Below are positions 25,501-37,500 of a stretch of 64,000 nucleotides of DNA, piece by piece. A program made the position numbers and the translations under genes. Source of the stretch: Squalus acanthias (Eukaryota); the NCBI GenBank assembly GCA_030390025.1, contig CM059431.1, positions 96,536,001 to 96,600,000 of the forward strand, in the 5' to 3' direction. Below the pieces are notes generated by a model. It was not told the origin of the DNA and did not search any database. It saw only the letters and a list, made by a program, of their open reading frames with translations. The stretch's first letter is position 1, and every line of letters starts with the position of its first letter.

Positions 25501-28500
25501 CTTACTCCAATTATATAGGGCCTTGGTGAGACCACACCTGGAGTACAATGTAATTTTGGTCTCCTTACCTAAGGAAGGATATACTTGCCATAGAGGGAGT
25601 GCAACGAAGGTTCACGAGATTGATTCCTGGGATGGCGGGACTGTCGTATGAGAAGAGATTGAGTAAACTAGGCCTGTATTCTCTTGAATTCAGAAGAATG
25701 AGAGGGAATCTCATTGAAGCATACAAAATTATTACAGGGCTTGACAGGGTGGATGCTGGGAGAATGTTTCCCTTGGCTGGGGAGTCTAGAACTAGGGGCC
25801 ACAGCCTCAGGATAAAGGGTAGGCCATTCAGGACTGAGATGAGAAGAAATTTCTTCACTCAGAGGGTGGTGAATCTTTGGAATTCTCTACCCCAGAGAGC
25901 TGTGGAGGCTCAGTCATTGGGTATATTCAAAACAGAAGTCGATAGATTTCTGACTAGTAAGGGCGTCAAGGGATATGGCGATAGGGCCGGTGAATGGAAT
26001 TGAGGCAGAAGATCAGCCATAATCTCATTAAATGGCGGAGCAGGCTCGAAGGGCCGAATGGCCTACTCCTGCTCCTATTTCTTATGTTCTTATTAACAGA
26101 GGCATAGAGTGCCCCATTCTCCCCCCTCCCCCACCCAGTGCCCCATTCTCCCCCTCACCCACCCAGTGCTCCATTCTCCCCCTCACCCCAATACAATGGA
26201 TGCCCAAGACTGGCCAGGAAAACTTAATCTCCTGATCCCAGGAATTCCGAGGAGTGTGATTCTTATCCTGCGATAGTTACAGCAGTGGATTGGGATCATG
26301 GATTTTCTTTCCCTGTAATACCTCACCCAGTGTGTCGCTTGCTCTTTCTGCTCATTTCTATGCCGGTGCGTCAGACTCTAGCTGTGTCTGTGGTGCCACA
26401 TCTGTAATGTATTGTCACATGGTTTGGTATGAGCATGCTCAGTTCGCTCTGGCCTAGTAAACAAGCATCTTGACTAGCAACTCATCATGTCTCTGTCCTT
26501 CATTTGTTCTACCCACATATATTACATTTTTGGTGACGAGGATGGGATCCCAAAGCCATTTTTAGGGATCATGGAAGGATACAGTGTTCAACCTTCGAGT
26601 GAAAAAGTTCAAGGTGAATTTGTGACACCTCAACTGAATTTTTGCGATGTTTTACTGTTAATGCTGATGCAGAATCGTCTGTGCTTCACCTTCGTGTGTA
26701 TGTATACACCGCAACAGCGGCGTTAATTCTCACACGTACACGGGTAGCGTGTTGAGTCACTGTTCGATGGGATCGGGACAATCATGGCCGTGCCTACGGA
26801 ATTCATCGGAAGCCTCGGCATGTATGACCGAGATCGCGAACCATTCAGTTCTTACATTGAGCAGATGGAGATGTTCTTTAAGGCCAATAACATTATTGAG
26901 ACCGAAGGTGCAGATGAGAATGTTCAAGCTCAAAATAAAGTAATTCGTAAACGTAATAAAGCAATTTTTCTAATGGAGATCGGGCCAGATGTCTACGGAA
27001 CGTTGACAAACTTACTCTCGGCAGGGAAAGTGAAGGATGTGTCATTTGAAGACATTGTCGAGAAACTCGAGGACCATTTCGACCCAAAGCCTTTAGAAAT
27101 AGCAGAGAGCTAAGTTTGGTATCAGAAACCAAAAACAAAGTGAAACCATCAGTGAGTACATTGTAGCTCTTAAGAACCTGTCTTTGCATTATAACTTCGG
27201 CACATTTTTGGATCGTGCATTGTGAGATAAGTTTGTGTGTGGACTGGTGGATGAGCGCACACAGTCCACTGAACACTCCGAACCTAACGTTTGACATAGC
27301 ATGCAAAATTGCCCTATCTATGGAGATGACATCGAAGAATGCAATGGAGCTCCGTCCAACTCAAGTGACTAGTGCAGCTGACGTCTACAGTCACAAAGCC
27401 ACCGCCAAACCTAAAGTTGTGAGACCAAGTCAAAAGCATGTCAGTGAGAGCAGTTCAGTGAATTGTTATCACTGCAATGGAAATCACTCACCACAGTCCT
27501 GCCAATACAGAAATGCAAAGTGTTTTCACTGCCAAGCAAGGCCATATTTCAACAGCTTGCAGAGCGAGCTCAAAAGCAGGAAGTAAGAACCATTCTAGTG
27601 GCAATGCAAAGCAGCGACAAAAAAAAAAAGAGGAGTTCACAATATTGAAGTGAACACACCTGATGTTGAAGAATTAGGCATCTACAGTATCTAGAAATAC
27701 TCAGCAGGTCAGGCAGCATCTGTGGAGAGAGAAACAGAGTTAACGTTTCAGGTCGATGACCCTGAAACGTTAACTCTGTTTCTCTCTCCACAGATGCTGC
27801 CTGACCTGCTGAGTATTTCCAGCATTTTCTGTTTTTATTTCAGATTTCCAGCATCCGCAGTATTTTGCTTTTGTATCTACAGTATCTATGTCACTAGCGG
27901 CAACGCAAGCAATCATGAGAAAGACATCCGTACAAAACATTTGATCAATGACCAATATATAGATATGTGTATCGACCCAGCGGCGGACTGCTCTATCATG
28001 AATAAGGACACATATAAGAGTAAGTTTAATCAAATACCACTTACAAAGAGTACCGTAGAGTTAAAAACCTACTCTGGAGAAATCCTAGAGACATATGGAC
28101 AAATGGAATGTACAGTTCAGCACAATGGCCAGTCAGTAAAGCTGGCTATTATTGCAGTAAGCTACAACAACAGGCCAACCCTCATGGGCAAAGACTGGTT
28201 GAGAAAGTTAAAACTAGACTGGAAAAACATCTTCAGTGTAGATGCTTCAAAGGAGCGACTTGACACAATGCTGAACAAGTACAAAAGCATGTTCTCAGAC
28301 AGTTATGAGGGCATCACTGGGTGTGACGCAAATATCCACATCAAGTCCAACGCGAAGCCTGTCTATTGTAAGGCAAGGCCGGTCCCCTAGGCATTGAAAA
28401 GTCAGGTAGAGAAAAAGAGAGAACGGAGTGCTAGTAAAAACTGACAAAAGTGAATGGGCTACCCCGATCGTGGTAGTGCCCAAAGCAGACAAAACTGTAC

Positions 28501-31500
28501 ACTTGTGCGGTAACTACAAAGTTACTATCAACCAAGCAGTTGACGATGAGCAGTACCCGTTACCTACATCACAAGATTTTTATGCAGCACTCTCTGGGTC
28601 AAAGGTTTTCTCTAAGCTTGACCTGTCGCACGCTTACGCTCAGCTGAATGCTGACAAAGAGAGTCAACAGTATCTCACCATCAACATACACAAGGGACTG
28701 TACTCATACACCAAGCTGCCGTATGGTGTAAAGTCCTCCCCCAAAATCTTCCAGGCTACAATGGATAAGATTTTGCAAGGAATTCCAAATTGCTTATGCA
28801 ATCAAGACGATGTGCTGATCGCAACAAACAGCGAGGAAGAAAATCTAGAAGTGTTAGATTTAGTGCTTCAAAGGATGAATTCCCACAATGTCAAATTGAA
28901 AAGGAGCAAATGTGCTTTTATGCAGCCCGAGTTTGTGCACCTTGGTCTGAAAGTTGATTCAAATGGCTTGCAACCAGTTAAGGAAAAGGTTGATGCTGTC
29001 ATCAATGCTCCAAAAGCACAGAATGTGTCTGAGTTAAGATCTTTCCTTGGAATGGTCCAGTACTACGCACGCTTCTTACCGGAGTTAGCGACCATGTTAG
29101 TTCCAGTGCACGAGCTCCTCAAGAAGGATGTCCAGTGGAAGTGGACAAAAGCGCAACAGGAAGCTTACGACGCTTGTAAGAGAAGTCTCTCTAGTGATGC
29201 TCTCCTTGTGCACTACGACACAGAGCGCGAGCTTAAGTTAGTGTGTGATGCTTCTAGCTATGGTGTGGGAGCTGTCATAAGCCACATAATGGATGACAAC
29301 CAAGAGAAACCAATCGCGTTCGCATCGCAAACCCTCACAAAGAGCGAAAGAAACTATATGCAAATTGAAAAGGAAGCACACACCATAGTGTTTGGAATCA
29401 AGAAATTCCAACAGTTCCTGATCAGCAGAAAGTTTACCCTGATAACCGATCACAAACTGCCCCTAGCAATATTGGGGTCCAAATCTGCCATCCCTGCAAT
29501 GGCCGCATCAAGAATGCAACATTGGGCAATGTTGCTGTCACAATATGACTACACGATTGAATATCGCACTTCAAAGCAAAACGCAATCGCAGATGCCTTG
29601 TCCAGGTTGCCACATGAAGACTCGTGTTGGAAGCGAAGGTGAGATTTTCATGCTAGGTGCAGTAGACAAAGACTTTCCCGTGAATGCAACTGAGATTACA
29701 AATGAGACTCAAAAAGACTCAGTACTGAAAAGAGTGTATGAAAACACCTTGAATGGATGGACTGATCAGTGTCTGGACACAGAGTTGAAACCATTCCATA
29801 ACTGTCAGACTGAATTGTTTTGTGAGCAAGGTTGTATCAAGTGGGAAAACAGAGTGGTGGTACCTAATTCTTTGAATTTGAAACCAAAACAAAACAGCCC
29901 GAAAATTAGTTTAACACCAAAACTTTTTGTAAGGAGATTAGGAAGGCTCTGGTAAACCTGATATTAAACAGGATTTGTAGTTCATTTGCAGCATCTGTAG
30001 TTGATTTAAAAGAAAAAAAAGCCAGGAGTTTTTGTTATGTGGTACATGTAATGCTGGTACCATAGTCTTGTTGTATTTGAGAGGGGAATAGAGTCATAAC
30101 GGCTGAGAAGGAGGCTATTCCGAGAGATACAGGGGGGATGTGAGGAAAAACTTTTTTACACAGCGAGTGGTGATGACCTGGAATTCGCTGCCAACAGAAG
30201 TGGTGGAAGCGGAGACATTCAATGTTTTCAAGGGGAGACTGGATAGGCACTTGAGGGAAATAAACTCGCAGGGCTATGGGGATAGAGCGGGGGAATGGGA
30301 CTGACTGGATTGCTCTAGAGAGAGTCGGCATGGACGGCCTCCTTCTGTGCCGTTATGACTCTATGACTCTGACATCCCCCCCTGTATCTCTTGCCCAAAA
30401 CCTTAAATCTGTGTCCCCTAGTCCTTGTACCATCAAATAGTGGGAACAGCCTTTCCCTGTCTAGCCTATCCAAACCCGTCATAATCTTGTACACCTCCAT
30501 CAAATCGCCCCTTAACCTCCTTTGCTCTAATGAAAACAAATCCAGCTTCTCCAACCTGTCCTTGTAGCTAAGATCCCCCATCCCCGGATCCATTCTGGTA
30601 AATCTCCTCTGCACCCTCTCAAGGGCCTTCACATCCTTCCTAAAGTGTGGTGACCAGAACTGGACGCAGTACTCCAGGTACATTTTTTTTTTAAAGGGGA
30701 AAAGCAGTGTAATGTATTATCACATGGTTTGTCACATGGTTTGGTAGGAGCATGCTCAGTTCTCTCTTGCCTAGTAAACAGCCACCTTGACTAAGAGAGA
30801 ACACAGGATGGTCTAAGATAGGTTTACAATGTACGTGTGTAAACACACGAAGCATGGTAAATAAGATTGGTGAGCTGCAGGCGCAAATAGCCACATGGGA
30901 ATATGATGTCATGGCAATAACGGAGACTTGACTCAAAAAAGGGCAGGATTGGGTATTAAATATTCCTGGATATAAGGTGTTCAGGAAAGATAGGAAAGGA
31001 AAGAAAGGTGGCAATATTGGTTAAGGAGAATGCTACAGTGCTGGAGATAGTGTATGTCCTGGAGGGGTCAAGGACAGAATCTATATGGCTAGAGTTAAGA
31101 AATAATAGAGGTGCCATTACACTACTAGGTGTATTCTATAGGCCACCAACTAGTGGGAAGGATATAGAGGAGCAAATTTGCAGAGAATTAGAGAGAGATG
31201 CAAGAACTATAGAGTAGTGATAATGGGGGACTTCAACTATCCTAATATAGACTGGGATAGTAATAGTGTAAAGGGCAGAGAGGGGGAAGAATTTCTGAAG
31301 TGTGTTCAGGAGAACTTTCTGGATCAGCATCTTTCTGGCCCAACGAGGAAGGAGGCATTGCTGGATCTGGTTCTGGGGAATGAGGTGGGTCAAGTAGAGC
31401 AAGTGTCAGTCCGTGAATATTTAGGGAACAATGATCATAGTATCATAAGGTTTAGATTAGCTATGGAAAAGGACAGGGAGCAATCTAGAGTAAAAATACT

Positions 31501-34500
31501 TAATTGGAGGAAGGCAACTTTCAGTGGGTTGAGAATAGATCTGGCCCGGGTAAATTGGAATCAAAGATTGGCAGGCAAAAATGCAATCGAACAATGGGCT
31601 ACCTTTAAAGAGGAGATGGTTCAGGTACAGTCGAGGTACATTCCCACGAGGGGGAAAGGCAGGGCAACTAAAGTCAGAGCTCCCTGGATGATGAAAGAGA
31701 GAGAAAGATGAAGCAGAAAAAGAGCGCGTATGACAGATGCCAGGTCGAGAATACATCTGAGAATCAGGCTAAATATAGGAAGTTCAGAGGAGAAGTGAAA
31801 AAGAAAATAAGAGGGGCAAAGAGAGGGTATGAGAATAGAATGGCAGCTAACATAAAAGGTAATCCAAAAGTCATCTATAGGCATATAAATAGTAAACGGG
31901 TAGTAAAAGGAGGGGTGGGGCCGATTAGGGACCAAAAAGGAGACCTATGCATGGAGGCAGAGGGTATGGCTGAGGTGCTAAATGAGTACTTTGCATCTGT
32001 CTTCACCAAGGAAGATGCTGCAATAGACATAGTGAAGGAGGAGGTAGAGGAGATACTGGATGGGATAAAAATTGATAAAGAGGAGGTACTGGCTGGCTGT
32101 ACTTAAAGTAGATAAGTCACCAGGACCAGATGGGAAACATCCTAGGACACTGAGGTAAGTGAAGGAAGAAATCGCGGAGGTACTGGTCATAATCTTCCAA
32201 TCCTCCTTCGAAACAGGGGTCGTGCCAGAGGACTGGAGAATTGCAAATGTTACATACTTGTTCAAAAAATGGTATAAAGATAAACCCAGCAACTACAGGC
32301 TAGTCAGTTTAACCTCTTCTAATTGTAAATGGAGAACAACGAGTCTGAGTGGGCAATGCTTTCTTCAAAAGATGGCTATATTTCTAAGTTTGCAGGCTCT
32401 TGTGAAAGTGATATAAACTAACATACCTTAAGAGTTACTGTAAATACCAACACAGTGAAAACCAGGGTCCCAAACGTCCAGTTTCCAAACATCTGAAAAG
32501 ATAAATTTTTACAGATTTAGAATAAATCAGTAAGCAGATGAGTTTTAGTACCTTATTCTGTCCGTACAACAGCTGTGCAGAGGCCTGCAGTGTGCCAGCT
32601 CCTGATAGAAACAGTCCATTATACCTGGCGTGTAAGTAGTCCATCCATTTTGATTGTAAAGCCAGCAATTCGGACTTCTCATTAATGCATCAATAAGTGT
32701 TTGACAAGTTTTGGGTGGTGATTGTAACTGGGAGCTGGTTACGGGCGGGCACGGAGCGAGGTTAGCATCAAACTCCCCCAACATCAATTTGAGGCCTGGC
32801 CTATATTAACTCTTGGGCCTCATTCACATGCCGCTGGCCAGCTGCTCACCTGAGGCAGGTGTACGGAGGTGGTTACCTGGCCTCCCAGCTGAGACAGGTG
32901 TACTGAGGCGGTTACTTGGCTGCCCACCTGAGGCAGGTGTACTGAGGCGGTTACCCGGCTGCCGGCAGGTGAAGGTCAGGTGGTTCAGAAGCCATGGCAG
33001 GTAAGTCACGGGGGGGTAGTTTGGCAGGGTTTCGCAGGCGGGGAGTCCGAGGCAGCAAAGGCATAAAACGTTCCTTGTAGGGTACTCATGACCCTCCTCT
33101 CCCCACCTTTGGGGGGTTCTATATCTTCCCTGACAGGTATTACTGAGCAGGGTCCTAATAACATCATAGGACCCCACTATGCACGTATTAACGAGGCTCC
33201 AGCCTGAGTCAGACGGATGCCTTGGCCACCGACCCAAAGGATGAGATATTAGGACAGGTAACCAAGGGCCTGGTCATACAGGTAGCTTTTAAGGAGGAGA
33301 GAGAGGTGGCGAGGCAGAGAGGTTTAGGGTGGGAATTCCAGAGCTTGAAGCTGAGGCAGCAGAAGGCACGACCGCCAATAGTGGAGTGGAGGATGTGCAA
33401 GAGGCTAGAGTCAGAGGAAAGAGAGTTCTTGGGGGGGTGGATATTGTAGGGCTGGAGGTTACAGAGATAGGGAGAGTGGAGGCTATGAAGGGATTTAAAC
33501 ATGAAGATGAGAATTTTAAATTTGAGGAGTTGGGAGACTGGGAGTCAATGTTGTTCAGCAAGCACAGGGGTGATGGGTGAATGAGATTTGGTGCAAGTTA
33601 GGATACGGGCAGCAACGTTTTGGATGAGTTGAAGTTTACGGAGGATGGAAGGTGGGAGGTCGGCCAGGAGAGCGTTGGAATAGTCTAGTCTAAAGGTGAT
33701 AAAAGCATGGATGATGATTTCAGCAGCAGATGAGTTGAGGCAGGGGTGGAGATAGGCGATGTTATGGAGGTGGAAAGGATATGGGTTGGTAGCTCAGCTC
33801 AGGATGCTGAGGTTACAAATAGTCTGGTTCAGCCTGAGATAGTAATACCATTAGAGTGTGACATCATAATACTGAGAGTGTGAGCAACCGCACGGCTGTT
33901 TGCCGGTCCCGCACAGCCCGGGACTGCCATTTCACATGGGAATTTTTGCGCATGTGCAAAACTTTGAATGGGCCTTGCAGCCCGATAAAGGGGCTGCACA
34001 CCCAAAAAGAATTAGGGGAACACTGAATGCGAGATAGTGAAACAGTGGCCAGGGAGGGGAATTGGAATTGGCGAGAGAATGGAGTCTGTGGTGGGGTCAA
34101 AGACGACGATTGGAGGAAGTTCCCACTCACCAAGGACTGGATGTTGGACAGTCTGACAGAAGATCCCCTGGCACTATTTCGAAGAAGAGTAGGGGTGTTC
34201 TCCCCGGTGTCCTGCCCAATATTTATCCCTCAATCAACATCACTAAAACAGATTAACTGGTCATTATCACATTGCTGTTTGTGGGAGCTTGCTGTGCGCA
34301 TTTTGGCTGCCACGTTTCCTACATTACAACAGTGACTACACTTCAAAAGTACTTCATTGGCTGTAAAGCGCTTTGAGACATCTGGTGGTCATGAAAGGCG
34401 CTATATAAATGCAAGTCTTTCTTTCTTTACAATCTCACACTGTCGTGGGATTAATGTTGGCTAGAACCTTTTCTTCACCATCTCTATTACCAAATGTGTC

Positions 34501-37500
34501 CCTTTACTCTTTTCCCACAGATGACTGGAAAATGATTCTGTACCAGTTTAGGTAATCTACCTAATAAGACTCAGTTTTATTTGAGGAGTAAATTAAACAT
34601 TTATGCAGAAAGAGAGTTTACACCCACTAACCAACCCACTACTACTTTTGAGAAACAGAATCTCCACTCAGAAGTAATCACGTCAGTCAGAAAGTGTCTA
34701 ATGTATGTTGCCCAAAAATGAGATAAAGACAAGGTGAAAGAGAGAGAGAGATCTTACCATGTTCAAGTTGGCCCTCATTAGCTGGTGTTAGAAAGAGAAG
34801 CAAACAGCAAAAGCAAAAAATACAAGACAGAAAGTAAATTAACAGGGCAAAAAAAAGCACAGAATTGTTAAGTAAATTAACAAGGCAACAAAACCACAAC
34901 AGAAATATTACTGCGTAAACTAACAGAGCAAAAGTGAGCAGGTAATGGTCAGAAAAAAATATATTTTCCTTAGGCAAGTATAAAAATATCTTAATGGGCA
35001 GGCACTAGAATAAACTGTAAAATTAAATGGGTCATTAAATGATTTATGTAAAATATTAGAGATATATTGCTACAGTAAGAGCTTCAACAGGCAAGAAGAG
35101 TGGCAGACTGTTAGAACGCGATCACCTTATTCTGATGTAGTTGAGGTAGTTTACTAACCTGCCCATTGCTGGTCATGGTTGAATTGTCAAACAGAAAATA
35201 AGCACCAAAGAAAAATACCATAGCATCAAACGCTCCCAGGAACGTCCAGTAAATGAACAACTTCCAACATAACAAGGAATTTTTGGCAATATCCCTGGTG
35301 GTTGAGAAGAAAAGTATTGAAATTGCATTGTTTGCTAAGGTCATTCAGAGAATCCAGATGAACTCTATAGTTATGTGACATGTTTGCCCTTTTGATTTAA
35401 GCTGTACCCTTCATTTTATTTGAATTTGTTCTTGGGATACGAGTGAAACTGGCAAGGGAACATTTCTTGCCTTGAATAACTGAGTGGCTTGCTAAGGATA
35501 TTAAAATCATCAAATAGTGTGGGACTGGTGTCATGTGTAAGCCAGGCCGGGTAGCGTTATGGGGCAAGTTCCCTTCCCTGAAGGGCATTAGTGACCCAGG
35601 TGGATCATTAAAAAAATCAGATGCTTTCATGGTCGTTGTTCTTCAGGTGCTAGCCCAAAAATTACCAGAGTTATTGAATTCAGTTTCACAGTTTGCCATG
35701 GTGGAATTTTAACACTCGACCTCTAGCTGCTAGCCCAGGTTAATAGCCACTGCAGCACTGTAACATTCACTTTGTGACATATTTGTCTGATTAAAGAATA
35801 CTGTGCTTTTTACTTAGCTGAAAGCACAAAATCCAGATAATTTGGTCCATAAAATTATTGGAAAAGCTTAATTTCCTACAGTATTTCAAGCTCTCAAAAT
35901 GAAGCATACTGAACGATATACTTTATTACACACTGATACAATAGCAATTGTCTTACAATTACTTAGCTCAATTATGTTTCACCTGGTGCATGGAGAAGGA
36001 TAGAGGAGTTGAAAGAGTTCAGAAGGTGCGAGCCCCCCTTTAGCATAAGTCATTTGCCAAGAGACTCTCTGTTTTGGGTTTATTTCTGGAGTGTCTGTTC
36101 ATGGTAATACAAACATATCGCAGCCAAGTTGGAAGAATCCTGAAGATTTTTTTCCAAATTGGGGCACTTTCTACAGTCTATCAATTCCTATTGGTTGGGT
36201 GGGAAGATCTAACTGCTGCCACAGAAGGTGGGTTCAGATTCAGAACTTAAGAGCCCATTCGGCCCTTCGCCCTATGCTGGTTGCTAACTCTTCAGCTTGA
36301 GCTGTCTATTCGAATCCCCTTTCCCTGTCCTTTCTCTGTATCCTTTCAAATACTTATCCAATTCCCCTTTAATTGATAGTGGATTAATCTCCTTTCTCTG
36401 TGTTGCTTCGCTGCAACAGGGGAAATGGCCTGAACTTTGCTTGTGCTAAGGAATATCAGAAGACAGAGATTGGGCACTTGTTCATGGAGAGCAGAACATA
36501 ATTCTTTCGATTTTACGAGGAGGCCTGAAAGATTGAGCATTGAAGATGATGCTCAAGGTGAGACACCTTCACCAAAAGAAACTCACACTGTAATATATTT
36601 GCCAGCTATCTGGTCGATCAATTCTTTCAGCTCATACTCTCATTTCACTAGTGGGCTGCCTTTCATCTGTAAGCTTGACACATCCTACCGCCTTTAGGAA
36701 TTCAACGCATCAAGTTAAAGATAAATTAATTAAGTCCTGCGCTTCCGGTGGACGAACTGTGCTTGAAGGGCTACAGCACTTAGAGCATGTTTACCCCCAG
36801 CTGCATAGCTTGCTGAATTTACTCTATAATGTTCCATTAAAAGAACACTGTAGCAATCGCAACATGTACCGTGTGCTCATGGCCTCTAAGCTCACCTGTA
36901 TAATGATGGGTCTCTTTTCAGTGCATCAATACTGACATGTTGTTCCATAAGGCTGTACAACAGGATGGGAAGAGAGGTGAAGCTGATGTTGTACAATGTA
37001 AGGTAGGCAGTGTCATACAATGGCTGTAAAGGAAGACATTTTCAATTATTTTGTATACTTCCAAAATATCAATATAAAGGCTAACCTGCACTCCCAGCAG
37101 GGGCGGTGGGCACAGAGAGCACGGGTTGGAGATCGGGACATAAGTGTTGTAGCCTTATCTCTGACCCAGCCTCCCTATCAGCATGGCTCATCACCAGGAG
37201 GACACAATTCATAGAATGGTTACAGCACGGAAGGCGGCCATTCGGCCCCTCGAGCCTGTGCCGGCTCTCTGCAAGAGCGCTTCAGCTAGTCCCCCTCCCC
37301 CTCCCTTTCCCTGTAGCCCTGCAGATTTTTTTCTTTCAGGTACTTATCCAACTCCCTTTTGAAAGCCGCGATTGAGTCTGCATCCACCACCCTTTCAGGC
37401 TGTGCATTCCAGAACCTAACCACTCACTGCGTAAAAAAGTTTTTCCTTACATCGCCTTTGGTTCTTTTGCCAATCACCTTAAATCTGTGTCCTCTGGTTC

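Larger units (their letters stand above)
26403..30793 (+). mobile_element. Ty3/Gypsy LTR retrotransposon with 124-bp LTRs and tRNA-Ser PBS; integrase deleted
   Basis: 5' LTR TGTAAT...ATTACA at 26403-26526; PBS TGGTGACGAGGATGGGAT at 26531-26548; gag with zinc knuckle, protease, RT/RNase H ORF 28428-29642; PPT at 30693-30707; truncated 3' LTR from 30708 to about 30793. Confidence 0.93.

Noticed and set aside
27722..28390. 222-aa ORF with a novel N-terminus on a retroviral-type protease
   Set aside because: The N-terminus is translated from the palindromic insert; the rest is the Gypsy protease region.
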